This document shows, in pieces, positions 1-9,646 of a stretch of DNA of 64,000 nucleotides. Source of the stretch: Spirochaetia bacterium. GTDB lineage: Bacteria > Spirochaetota > Spirochaetia > SZUA-6 > Bin103. The notes below the pieces were generated by a model that was given only the letters and a program-made list of their open reading frames with translations, searched no databases and was not told where the DNA came from. The stretch lies in NCBI GenBank assembly GCA_965208575.1, contig CBDBOV010000003.1, forward strand, positions 96,001 through 160,000, read 5' to 3'. A program made the position numbers and the translations under genes. Positions within the stretch are counted from its first letter, which is position 1; every line of letters begins with the position of its first letter.

Positions 1-298
1 GCAGCCGGTGCTCGCCGATCCGGGCGTAGCGGTGCGCGACCGGCTGCACTTCGCCTACATGGACCTGCACCGCGCGGTGACCAACGGGCGCCACAAGCTG
101 ATCGAGTGCGTGGTAGAGGGTGAGCGGCACACCCAGCTCTTCGACCACGCCGCCGACCCGCACGAGCTGCACAATCTCGCCGCCGAGCCCGGGCAGCGCG
201 ACAATCTGCGCCGCCTGCAGGCCGACCTGCGCGAGCTGCGCGAGTGCTGGGACGACCCGGCGGACAACGTCTGGCAGGTACTGGAGCAAGGGAGTTAG
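1..298 (+). CDS. Sulfatase-family hydrolase, C-terminal part (gene starts before window)
   Basis: RAV..GRHKLI...QLFDHAADPHELHNLA matches the sulfatase C-terminal 'LFDL..DP.E..NLA' motif, also seen in the 48479 and 59305 sulfatases. Confidence 0.7.
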   Translation, partial: QPVLADPGVAVRDRLHFAYMDLHRAVTNGRHKLIECVVEGERHTQLFDHAADPHELHNLAAEPGQRDNLRRLQADLRELRECWDDPADNVWQVLEQGS

Positions 299-300
299 CA

Positions 301-678
301 ATGGAACTGGATCGCACCACCATCATTCTGCTGTGCATCGGCTTCATCATCGTGTGGGTGGTGTTCAAGAAGTTCACCCACAAGCCGCAGCAGCCGCAGG
401 ACCCGCACCAGCGGCGCTACGCGGCGTCGACGCCGGGCGACGCCAGCTTCGACCTGGACAAGTGGTTCGGCCGCGCCCAGGACGTGATCGGCGTCATGGA
501 CGACACCCGGCGCTCGGAGCTGGAAACGCAGTGGCGGGAGATGGACGAGGAGCGCCAGCTCATCCTCGCCGACGAGTTCCTGCGCCGCAACGGCGCCGAG
601 GCCGACACCGCCAAGCTGAGCGACGACGAACGGCGCCGGGTCGGCTGGGCCTACTACGTCAGCCGCCTGGAAGCGTAG
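301..678 (+). CDS. Hypothetical membrane-anchored protein
   Basis: ATG at 301 after GGAG; N-terminal hydrophobic helix IILLCIGFIIVWVVF; GC3-rich codons. Confidence 0.7.
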   Translation: MELDRTTIILLCIGFIIVWVVFKKFTHKPQQPQDPHQRRYAASTPGDASFDLDKWFGRAQDVIGVMDDTRRSELETQWREMDEERQLILADEFLRRNGAEADTAKLSDDERRRVGWAYYVSRLEA

Positions 679-846
679 GTCTCCATCACGGTACGGCGGT
701 CGCCTTCGGGACACCGCCGGCCGCCTCGTGCCGCCAGCCGCATCCGGGCAGCCGCGGCGCCGGCCACGGCTCCGCGATCAAGGCGTGCGCACACGGTTGG
801 CAGGGATTCCGGTTGGCACCCACCGCCGCGAGTGCGTGCCCGCTGG

Positions 847-1713
847 TCAGACAGAGGCCAGGAAGGCGCCGCCGGCCTTCAGGCCGGCCTTCTCGCCCGC
901 CTCGCTGCCGTTGAAGTGCTTGTCCTCCAGCTCGATGGAGACGCCACCGCCGTAACCGGCTGCCTGCAGCGCCTGCAGCGCCGCCGTCCAGCGCATCTCG
1001 CCGTGACCGGGAATGGTGTAGCGCCAGTGGTTTTCGCCGAACCGCTCGCGCTCGGCCAGCGGCGGCTGACGGATGCCGTACTGGTACTGCGACTCGGCTG
1101 AGATCTCCGTGTCCTTGCCATGCGCGTGGCGAACGTGGCCGGCGAACTCCTGCGCGAAGCGCACCGGGTCGATGCCGGTGGCGATCAGGTGCGACGGATC
1201 GTAGTTGATGCCGACCGCCGCCGACTCGCAGCCGTCCAGCACTGCCCGGTACGACTCGGGAGTGGAAGCGACCGCGCCGGGGCCGGGCCAGCCCTCGATG
1301 GCCAGGCAGGACCCCGTGTCCTCGAACACCGGCACCAGCTCGCGCATCGAGGCGATGAACCGTTCGACATTCTCGGCCCGCGGCAGGGAGGGATCCTCGG
1401 GAATGCCGCAGATGTTGAAGATGCGCACGCCGCCGGCGGTGGCCGCGCGGATGTAGCGGATCGCTTCCCGAACGCCGGCGCGGCGCGTGTCGGGGTCGGC
1501 GGAGGTAAACGGCTCGCGCCCGATCAGGTCCGCTGAGCCGATTGCGAAGCCGGCCTCGGTCACCAGACTGGCAGTTTCGTCGGCGTCCTCGTCCAGGTCG
1601 ATGAAGGCGAAGCCGTGGTCGGTGGCCCAGCGCGCCACCGCCAGCAGGTCATCCTTCCAGGTGAGCTGCTTTACGTAGAATCCAATGGGAAAGTTCCCGG
1701 TTCGGGTATGCAT
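847..1713 (-). CDS. Sugar phosphate isomerase/epimerase (xylose isomerase-like TIM barrel)
   Basis: AIEG, NYDPSH, HAHGKD, PGHGE..W, SIELE metal-binding motifs. Confidence 0.85.
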   Translation of the reverse strand: MHTRTGNFPIGFYVKQLTWKDDLLAVARWATDHGFAFIDLDEDADETASLVTEAGFAIGSADLIGREPFTSADPDTRRAGVREAIRYIRAATAGGVRIFNICGIPEDPSLPRAENVERFIASMRELVPVFEDTGSCLAIEGWPGPGAVASTPESYRAVLDGCESAAVGINYDPSHLIATGIDPVRFAQEFAGHVRHAHGKDTEISAESQYQYGIRQPPLAERERFGENHWRYTIPGHGEMRWTAALQALQAAGYGGGVSIELEDKHFNGSEAGEKAGLKAGGAFLASV

Positions 1714-1814
1714 GGCCGATCTGATCGCACGCCGCCCGCCGCCGTGTCAATCTCCCGCCGCGCGGCTGTCATCCGGCCGTTGACGCTGGGAGATGGGGGA
1801 GGTACAGTCGGGCG

Positions 1815-2846
1815 ATGGAGTACGCAGACCTCCCGGGCAGGGACGCCCGGGGCAACTGGAAACCGGTAGCGCGCATCGAGTTGCCCGCGTTCCCACGCTG
1901 GCCGTTCCGGCTCGTCCCCTTCCTCCGGTGGCTGTTCGGGTTTCCCGGCTTCTTGTGGCCCTACAAGGCGGTGATCTTCGGCCTGACCGCGGTGACCTGG
2001 TTCTTCCTGACGCCGCCCCTGGAGACGATGGCGACGCTGCGGCCGGACTGGATCGCGCTGATTCTGCTACGGAATGTCGCCCTGATTGCCGTGTGGTACA
2101 GCATCTTTCACGTGCGCCTGCACGTCCAGCGTGCCCAGGGACTGCGCTACAAGTTCAACAACCGTTGGCTCGCGGAGAAGAGCCGGGCCTTCTTCCTCGG
2201 CGGCCAGACGGCCGACAACGTGTTCTACAGCATCGTCAGCGGCGGCGGGATCTGGTCGGCGTACGAGGTGGTCACCCTGTGGGCGTACGCCAACGGCCTG
2301 CTTCCCTTCATGGCGTTCCGTACCAGCCCGGTTGCATTCGTGCTGCTGTTCCTGGCGATCCCGTTCTTCCGCGCCGCCCATTTCTACGTAGTGCACCGGC
2401 TGATGCACTGGAAGCCGTTGTACAAGGCCGCCCACTACGTCCACCACCGCAACGTCAACGTGGGCCCGTGGTCGGGCATCTCGATGCACCCCATCGAGAG
2501 TCTGATCTACTTCAGCTACATGTTCGTGCACCTGATCGTGCCGTCGCATCCGCTGCATGCAATCTTCCACCTGCAGTACGCCGGCCTGACGCCGGCGCTG
2601 GGACACACCGGCTTTTCGAAGGTGGAGCTCGGTCACGAGAAGGCCGCGCTGGCCCACGGCAGCTATTTTCACTACCTGCACCACCGCTACTTCGAGTGCA
2701 ACTACGCGTCCGACGAGGACATGTTCCTGGACAAGCTGTTCGGCAGCATGCACGACGGCACCGCCGAGGCGCACGCCAAGATGCGCGCGCGGGCGCAGAC
2801 GCGCATACGCGCGCGGAAGGCGGCGGCCGAGTCGCCCCTTGGCTGA
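1815..2846 (+). CDS. Sterol desaturase / fatty-acid hydroxylase family membrane protein
   Basis: His boxes HRLMH, HYVHH, HYLHH; several TM segments. Confidence 0.9.
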   Translation: MEYADLPGRDARGNWKPVARIELPAFPRWPFRLVPFLRWLFGFPGFLWPYKAVIFGLTAVTWFFLTPPLETMATLRPDWIALILLRNVALIAVWYSIFHVRLHVQRAQGLRYKFNNRWLAEKSRAFFLGGQTADNVFYSIVSGGGIWSAYEVVTLWAYANGLLPFMAFRTSPVAFVLLFLAIPFFRAAHFYVVHRLMHWKPLYKAAHYVHHRNVNVGPWSGISMHPIESLIYFSYMFVHLIVPSHPLHAIFHLQYAGLTPALGHTGFSKVELGHEKAALAHGSYFHYLHHRYFECNYASDEDMFLDKLFGSMHDGTAEAHAKMRARAQTRIRARKAAAESPLG

Positions 2847-2862
2847 CCGGGCTGACCTGCTG

Positions 2863-3310
2863 AGGAGGCCTTCTCGACGTTCCACAGGTGCGCGGCGGTG
2901 CCGTGGCCACCCCAGTCCTGCTCGGTGAACTCGTAGCCACTGGGGTCGGCTCCACCCCGCCAGCCGCTCCACACCGCCGCGCACGACGAGGTGTACACCA
3001 CCCGCTTCACGCTGCCTGCCTTGCGGCACGACTCCAGCACGCCCCTGGTGCCGTCCATGATGGCGTCGTAGGTGCGTTGCGCGCTGCCTTCTCCGTAGGC
3101 GGCATCGGTGTGCAGGTCGGCGGCGACGTGAAACACGGCCGAGCAGCCGGCACACACCTCGTCGTAGGCGCCGCCGGTGGCCTGCAGCAGGTCGGCCGCG
3201 AAGATCTCGACGCTGCCCGCGCCGAGGTGGTTCATGGCCAGCAGGAAGTCGGTCTTGTCCCGGCGGCTGGCGTCGCGCACGCTGGCGCGTACCGCGTAGC
3301 CCGCCTCGAC
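2863..3310 (-). pseudogene. Internal fragment of the NAD-dependent epimerase gene (copy of ~23907-24353)
   Basis: Near-identical DNA to the intact gene; lacks both ends. Confidence 0.9.
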
Positions 3311-3328
3311 TGCGCCTGCGCACGGCCG

Positions 3329-4417
3329 TCACCCCGACAGGACGCGCCGCACCTCGTCCGCATCCACCGCCAGCGCCGCGGCGATCGCCCCGGCATCCTG
3401 CCCCAGGCCATGCAGGCGCCGAATCGCCTGCGTGAGCAGCAGGCGCCGCTCCTGCTCCGCCTGCTGCCCTGCCCGCTCCGCTCGCTGCGCCCGCTGCCGC
3501 TCCTGCTGCTGCGCCTGCTCCGCTCGCTGCTGCCCCTGTTCCGCTCGCTGCTGCGCCTGCTCCGCTCGCTGCTGCGCCTGTTCCGCTCGCTGCTGCCCCT
3601 GTTCCGCCTGCTCCGCACGACGCTCGTGATGCTCCACCTGCCGCGCCAACAGCATCGAGTCCCGCAGCAGCAGGTCCTCACCCTCCATCGTGCGCCGCAC
3701 CTCTTCTTCCGCCATCGCCTCCCGCAACTGCCGCAGTACGAAGGCGCACTCCACCGGGTACTCCCCTTCCTCGATCGTCAGCACGTGCGCGTCACCCCGA
3801 CCGTTGCCCTTCACCAGGCCCTGGTCGAAGATCGCCAGCAGCCGCTCCAGCTCGTCCCGCCGCCGGCTCGCCAGCCGCGGGATCTGGATGATGTGGCTGC
3901 GGTGATGGATGCCTTCCACCAGCGGATGGCTCGCCGCAAGCTCCCGCCCCGTGCGCCGCTCGGTCACCCGCGGGCACACGTCGATCACCGCCTCGTCCGA
4001 CAGGTCATCCAGGGCGTAGCCCAGGAAGTAGATCGTCACGATCGGCACCGCCTCGGTGCGGCCCGAAGGGTGGGTGAGGATGTTGTCCCCGCTGCCGATC
4101 TGCTGGCCCAGGTAGCGCCGGAAGCGCTCGATTACCGTGGGCGCGTTGGCCTTCTGGATCTCGATCAGCACTTGCCGCTCGGCGCCGGCGGCGGTGCGCA
4201 CGCGGGCTGCGAAGTCCATGCGCAGCAGCGTCAGCGGCAGGCCGTGGACGGAGGCGTCCGGGGTGCGGGGCACGGCGGTCTCCTGTGGGCTGACGGTGAG
4301 CGACTGCACCGCCAGGCCGGTGATCCTGCCGATCAGCAGGCGGGCGACCCGCTGGTCCTGCATCAGGTACTTGAACACCACGTCGTAGATCGGGTTGGCG
4401 ACGTCCACGCTCCGCAT
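3329..4417 (-). CDS. Rpn-like / PD-(D/E)XK nuclease-family protein with coiled-coil QQRAEQ repeats
   Basis: NPIYDVVFKYLM N-terminus, RMDF...LIEIQK catalytic-like motif, 21-bp tandem repeats at ~3490-3615. Confidence 0.7.
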   Translation of the reverse strand: MRSVDVANPIYDVVFKYLMQDQRVARLLIGRITGLAVQSLTVSPQETAVPRTPDASVHGLPLTLLRMDFAARVRTAAGAERQVLIEIQKANAPTVIERFRRYLGQQIGSGDNILTHPSGRTEAVPIVTIYFLGYALDDLSDEAVIDVCPRVTERRTGRELAASHPLVEGIHHRSHIIQIPRLASRRRDELERLLAIFDQGLVKGNGRGDAHVLTIEEGEYPVECAFVLRQLREAMAEEEVRRTMEGEDLLLRDSMLLARQVEHHERRAEQAEQGQQRAEQAQQRAEQAQQRAEQGQQRAEQAQQQERQRAQRAERAGQQAEQERRLLLTQAIRRLHGLGQDAGAIAAALAVDADEVRRVLSG

Positions 4418-4836
4418 TGAACCTGCGCTCCGCGCGGTCAGTCAATCGACTTGCCGGTGTTGCGATTGATCGGTGCGGCGGCGCTGTCGTTCACTGACAG
4501 GCGTGCTCCCTGGTCCATCGCCGGGGGCGGGCGGCGCGGGACGCCGGCACACGAGATGGCGCCGCGGCTGGCGATGATGTATCATGTGAGCCAGCCGTGG
4601 TTGAACGGATATAACGGCGAAGCGGTCTTGGGGAATTGGGAATTAACGAGCTATTTGCCCGCCTATGGATTGACCAGGAGCTGAAGGCAGAAATGGGATG
4701 CGATAGACGCGATGGCGGTTGAACTGGAAGCTCTGGGTTTCATCGTGGACCGTGAAGCTCCAGCCAGCCAGCCGGATCGATCCAACTCCAGGTATCGATC
4801 CTCGTACCCGGTCGAGAGTCGGTTGACCGAGCAAGG

Positions 4837-5019
4837 CTGAATGTTGAGGATCCCGGTCACATTGAATTGGAGCCGAGGTATCACGCCCTCGGCGTGTCGA
4901 GCGGGGGACGCCGACTCCACGTGACGTTTACGCTGCGGGAGCAGGACACGATGATTCGAGTCATATCCGCCCGCGACATGAGTCGCAGGGAGCGTATGCA
5001 CTATGAGCGAGAGACGTAA
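4837..5019 (+). pseudogene. brnT: BrnT-family toxin, 5'-truncated
   Basis: My translation DPGH..EPRYHALGVSSGGRRLHVTFTLREQDTMIRVISARDMSRRER matches the BrnT C-terminal half; N-terminal half replaced by foreign fragments; overlaps the brnA start. Confidence 0.8.
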
Positions 5020-5275
5020 GCCCGTTCCCGACCTCCGGGATGAAGCGGAAGCGCGGGCCTTCTGGGAGCGTCATGACTCCAGCGAGTACGTGGATTGGAA
5101 TGCTGCCGTACGGGCACGCTTCCCGAATCTGAAACCTTTGAACCGGTCGATTTCTCTGAGGTTGCCGCTGGATTTGCTTGAGCGCATCAAGATCGCCGCC
5201 AACAAGCGCGACGTGCCGTATCAATCGCTGATCAAGGTGTGGCTGGCCGAGAAGGTGAGCGCGGCGGAAGAGTAG
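5003..5275 (+). CDS. brnA: BrnA/CopG-family antitoxin
   Basis: EARAFWERHDSSEY...ISLRLP...IKIAANKRDVPYQSLIKVWL. Confidence 0.9.
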   Translation: MSERRKPVPDLRDEAEARAFWERHDSSEYVDWNAAVRARFPNLKPLNRSISLRLPLDLLERIKIAANKRDVPYQSLIKVWLAEKVSAAEE

Positions 5276-5382
5276 CGGCTCACCCACAAGCACGGTATCC
5301 ACACGTTGGTGCGCCGCCGAAGTCAAGCGGCGCCTCTGGCGTGGGCGCCACCGGAGATGGCCGGCTCGACTTGGCCCTCTGA

Positions 5383-5806
5383 TCATCGTGGGTGTACAGC
5401 ATCAACATGTTCGGCGACGCCCTGCGCGACCTGCTCGACCCCCGCCTGCGCGGCAGCATCTGACCGCCGCTGTCGGCGGCGACGTGAACCACCGCCGAGC
5501 AGCCGGCACACACCTCGTCGTGGGCGCCGCCGGTGGCCTGCAGCAGGTCGGCCGCGAAGATCTCGACGCTGCCCGCGCCGAGGTCATTCATGGCCAGCAG
5601 GTACGCGGTCTTGTCCCGGCGGCTTGGCGTCGCGCCCGCTGGCGCGCACCGCGCAGCCCGCCTCGACCAGGTTCTTGACGACGTGCGATCCGATATTGCC
5701 GGAGGCGCCGGTTACGGCGACCGGCCCGTCGGTAGGTCCCGTGACAGGTGGCATGGGTGGATGGTGTGCCTTGGGTGAGCGCCGAAGTCATGCGGCCTCT
5801 CTGGCA
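5383..5806. pseudogene. Chimera: permease C-terminal tail (+) fused to a degenerate epimerase 5' fragment (-)
   Basis: 5383-5470 matches the NMFGDALRDLLDPRLRG tail; 5472-5806 matches ~24160-24492; same junction as at ~30345-30665. Confidence 0.85.
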
Positions 5807-5885
5807 ACAACCCACGAAACCCGCCGGAAACGGCGGAATTCGCATGGCCGGGATCGACGGCAGACCGCTTGCAGGAGCGCACGAC

Positions 5886-8800
5886 GGGCGGCCAACTCCG
5901 CACGCGCCACCGCGTGGAGGCGGCGCTACCGCGACGGCTCAGGCGGCGGAGCTGGTCCGTAACCGTGGCACATGCGGTGGTGCGCCAGGCACGCAAGAGC
6001 CAGGTTCTCCGGCTCCGGGCCGCCCCCCTCGGCAACCGGCAGCAGGTGGTGGATCTGTAGCAGGTGGGAGGAATTGCAGCGGCGACCGGTGAGCGGATCT
6101 CGATAGCGGCAGCGCCCCCCGTCACGCAGCCAGACGTGACGCCGGACCGCCGCCGGAATGGGGCGCCGCCGCGGCGGCCGGCGCGGGCCAGGCGGAGCAT
6201 CGCTGGTGCACCGCGGCGACGCTCCCCCCGGCGTGCCGCCCGCACCACGCGCACACCGCACGCCGCTGTCCAACTGCGGCGCCGCAGCCGTGACCGGGCG
6301 GATCGGCGTGGCATCAGCGCCGTCGCTGGAGCCGTCGCCGGCCAACTGCGGCGCCGCAGCCGTGACCGGGCGGACCGGCATGGCATGAGCGCCGTCGGCG
6401 GGGCGGCCGCTGGCCAACTTCAGCGCCGCAGTCGTGGCCGACCGGATCGGCGTCGCACCAGCGTCGTCGGCGGGGTCGCCGCCGACCAACTTCGGCGCCG
6501 CAGTCGTAGCTCGCCGGATTGGCGTCGCATCAGCGCCCTCGGCGGGGCCGCCGCCGACCAACTTCGGCGCCGCACCAGCGCTGTCGGCGGGGCCGCCGCC
6601 AGCGCTCCGACCCTCCGGCGCCGCAGCAACGGCGGGCGGGGCCGAAGCAGCAGCACCTGCGCGGGCGCCAACTGACGTTGCACCGCCCGCCGGGGCGGCG
6701 GGCGCTACGCCGCGCACCCCGGCAGCGTTGCGGGACGGCGCGGCCCGCGGCTGCTCCCCGCCGGCCGCGGCCGCCGCCACGACCGAGGGTGCGCCGGTCC
6801 GCTCCCGCCGCGACGATGCTGCCGTGCCGCCCGTACGCCCCCGCCTGCCACCGCCGCGGCGCGGGTCGTGCCGCGCCACCGCCTCGCGCACCAGGCGCGC
6901 CACCAGGTCGCCCCACGACATGCGCGGGTCGACGTGCGACCACAGGTCCTTCAGGTGGCGCAGTCCCTGCTCGCACTCCTGGTCGATGCTCACCTTCAAC
7001 GTGTAGCGGTCCGGCGCCACCGCGCGCAGCGTGTCGCGTGGCGGCGCCACCTGCGGCGCGGCACTGGCCAGCAGGCCGGCGACCTGGCGCGTGGTCATGC
7101 CGGCGGCCTGCTCGATCAGCTCGCGCTGGCGCCGCGGGTGCAGCAGCGCTGCGGCCGATACCGGCCCGGCGGACCGCGGCTCCGGGTTGGAACACGGTTC
7201 CGGGTTCCGGTCACCTCGCGACGGCGCCGGTGCGAGCGCAGCGGTGAGCCGCGGCTCCGATGGGGCCACGACCGGCAACGGTACCGGTTCGGCGCAACTC
7301 GCCGGCGTTGGAGGTGGCGCAGCCGGGCCTTGGTCCGAAGCGGCCGCGGCGGCACCGGGAGGGCGCAACGGTGCCGGACAGTGCCCGGCGGCTCCGCTCG
7401 GTTCCCGCCGCGCCGGCAGCGCATCGGCATGCCGGGCGCCGCGGTGCCGCGCAGCCGCGAGGCTCGCCGCCGGCACCACCGGCGTGGCCGCCGCCTCGTT
7501 ACCCGTGAGCCCGGGCCGCGGTACACGCCCCGGCGCCGCAGGCGGTGGCGCGTGCAGCGTGGCGGCCGTCGAAGCCCGTGCAGCGCCCGAGGTGGCCGCA
7601 CTCGAGTCCAATCGGCCCACCGGCTGCGCACCCGCCGCTGCCGGGCGGGCACCGACTGCCGCCGCGTCGTCCGAAGATCGCCTGCAACGGTCGCTCACGG
7701 TATGCCGGTCTTCGCGGTCCCCGGCGGCACGGGACGACTGCGCCCCCAGGCCGTCCGCCGATGGCCTGCAGCGGTCGTTCACGATGTGCCGGTCTTCGCG
7801 GTCCCCGGCGGCACGGGACGACTGCGCCCCCAGGCCGTCCGCCGATGGCCTGCAGCGGTCGTTCACGGTGTGCCGGTCCTCGTGGCTTCCGGCGTCATCG
7901 AGCGACCTCACCTCAAGCTCGTCCGCCGATGGCCCGCAACGGTCGCTCACGGTATGCCGGGCCCCGCGGCCTCCGGCGTCACCGGGCGACCGCGCCTCCT
8001 GGTCGACGGCGGCCACGCCGGGCGGCGCCGATGCCGTCACCGCCGCGGCACCGGCCATCCCCGCTCCCGACGCTTCGGCATCCTGGTCTCCCGCTCCGCT
8101 CGGCACCGCAGGCAGCCCATGCAGATCTTCGCAGCGCTCCTCATCGACGCTCGCGCTCGCTCTCCGGCACTGGCGCTCGGCGGCGCCAAACGCGGTCTCC
8201 AACTGCGCCGCCGACGTCACACTCAACTCGCCGCTGTGCAGCATCGCCCGCACCCAGCCATGCCGCCGGCACAACCTCATGGTCTGAATACGCCGTTGCG
8301 CGGCCGCATCGGTGAACCGCAACTCCCGCACCGCGTAGTCGAACAGGCTCGAGAACCCGCGCCGCAGCGCCAGCCCGCGACGGTCGATCTCGTCGAGATG
8401 GTCCAGGATGTGCACTTCGAGGCCGCGCTGGTTGGCCGCCAGGCGCCTGGTCTGCTCGAGGAGCTGCTGATCACCGAGTGAGCTGAAGGGTCGTCTGGCG
8501 GTCCCGCCGGTCATGTTTGGCATGTCTTAAATATAACACTGGTATGTAGATAGCACTTTCTTACAGGTCCTCGAACCGGTACCGGCAGCGCCCGTCGGGC
8601 GCGAATTGGCGGCTCCAGGGGCACGCGGTCGGCCACTTGACGGTCGCACACCATTGCCGGGCTTCACGGCCCGCCAGCGGCGTTTAGCGGCAGCGCAAAA
8701 GTGCGTCAACCCCTGCGCCCGATTTTCTGCAGTTATTTTGGTGCAGGTCGACAGGAACCCACCCCGCGCCGCAACAGATGGTCCGACCCGCCCGGTACGC

Positions 8801-8980
8801 GGGCCCTCACGACACCGGCGCCCGCGGCAGCCCGCTCGGTCCTCCATCTGCTGCCGACCTGCGCCGGACGCTCGCTCTGCTCAGTTGCCGTACGCGCGTA
8901 TCGTCCTTGCTCCCCGCTGCTGATCGGGGTCAAACTTCGGGAGGCTCTCCGGGCTCTCCCTCGGCTGACGTTCGCTCGGG
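5886..8980 (-). repeat. HNH element copy 1 (gene plus ~450 bp conserved upstream region)
   Basis: Colinear with 30669-33950 over coding and non-coding parts. Confidence 0.85.
5926..8523 (-). CDS. HNH endonuclease with DUF222-like N-terminus and long low-complexity/repeat linker
   Basis: C-terminal VWLRDGGRC...LQIHH...GG...NL...C..HH; N-terminal HLDEIDRR...GFSSLFDY; 84-bp and 72-bp tandem repeats. Confidence 0.85.
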   Translation of the reverse strand: MPNMTGGTARRPFSSLGDQQLLEQTRRLAANQRGLEVHILDHLDEIDRRGLALRRGFSSLFDYAVRELRFTDAAAQRRIQTMRLCRRHGWVRAMLHSGELSVTSAAQLETAFGAAERQCRRASASVDEERCEDLHGLPAVPSGAGDQDAEASGAGMAGAAAVTASAPPGVAAVDQEARSPGDAGGRGARHTVSDRCGPSADELEVRSLDDAGSHEDRHTVNDRCRPSADGLGAQSSRAAGDREDRHIVNDRCRPSADGLGAQSSRAAGDREDRHTVSDRCRRSSDDAAAVGARPAAAGAQPVGRLDSSAATSGAARASTAATLHAPPPAAPGRVPRPGLTGNEAAATPVVPAASLAAARHRGARHADALPARREPSGAAGHCPAPLRPPGAAAAASDQGPAAPPPTPASCAEPVPLPVVAPSEPRLTAALAPAPSRGDRNPEPCSNPEPRSAGPVSAAALLHPRRQRELIEQAAGMTTRQVAGLLASAAPQVAPPRDTLRAVAPDRYTLKVSIDQECEQGLRHLKDLWSHVDPRMSWGDLVARLVREAVARHDPRRGGGRRGRTGGTAASSRRERTGAPSVVAAAAAGGEQPRAAPSRNAAGVRGVAPAAPAGGATSVGARAGAAASAPPAVAAAPEGRSAGGGPADSAGAAPKLVGGGPAEGADATPIRRATTAAPKLVGGDPADDAGATPIRSATTAALKLASGRPADGAHAMPVRPVTAAAPQLAGDGSSDGADATPIRPVTAAAPQLDSGVRCARGAGGTPGGASPRCTSDAPPGPRRPPRRRPIPAAVRRHVWLRDGGRCRYRDPLTGRRCNSSHLLQIHHLLPVAEGGGPEPENLALACLAHHRMCHGYGPAPPPEPSR

Positions 8981-9039
8981 TGGACGTTCATTCGGTTCCG
9001 GGAGTTCCGACTCGATGGCGGCGACGAGTCGCATGCAGA

Positions 9040-9117
9040 TCCGGTGGCTGCGTCCATATCCTGCAAGTACTCGGCGGCCATCGTCATCAGCCTGCGGCCG
9101 CGCTCCCCGTTGTTCAT
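9040..9117 (-). pseudogene. HEPN-domain gene, 5' fragment
   Basis: MNNGERGRRLM..AAEYL.DMDAA parallels MSNGERGRKLL..SCEHL.EMEGA of 35522; preceded by CTACAGAGCGA, the MNT stop region seen at 22553. Confidence 0.65.
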
Positions 9118-9356
9118 GGCAACCGCTACGTCGCTACAGAGCGACGTTCGGCGTGGCGGTCGATACCGTTCGGCGCTGGAAGTCGGTCCTGGTTACGAGC
9201 TTCGTTGTCACTCTGCCCTCGGTGAGCGTTGGCGGGTGGTCATGTTCGCCGGCAACCGCCGCCGCCGCCGGGAGGAGTTCCACGCACTCCCGTTGCGCGA
9301 CAACTGCTTAGGATCGAGCGGTCTCAGGGTCTCAGGGTCTCAGGACCGGCTCTCGT

Positions 9357-9640
9357 GTCATTGACGGAGTTGACGGGTGGCCGCGCGCGTGCAACACTGC
9401 CGATGGCAGGATACGAGCACATGTGCGTAACGGCTAAGGAATCCCTCCAGCGCGGCTGCCGCTTGAAGATCGTGCAACCGGTGCGTTCTACCCCCGTTCT
9501 ACCCCCCCCCAAAAAAAGGTCGACAACACCTAACTCTCCATTCATCCGACAAATAACTAACCGTTCCGGGCAATCGGGCCGCTTTCGCCGCACCTCCGTG
9601 TACGCCCGCCCGGCGCCTTCGCCAGCACTCCGTCAAATAC
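9357..9640 (+). promoter_or_regulatory. Conserved ~280 bp non-coding leader A upstream of SBP cluster 1
   Basis: Colinear with 26120-26400; begins with TTGACG repeats. Confidence 0.6.
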
Positions 9641-9646
9641 CATTCC

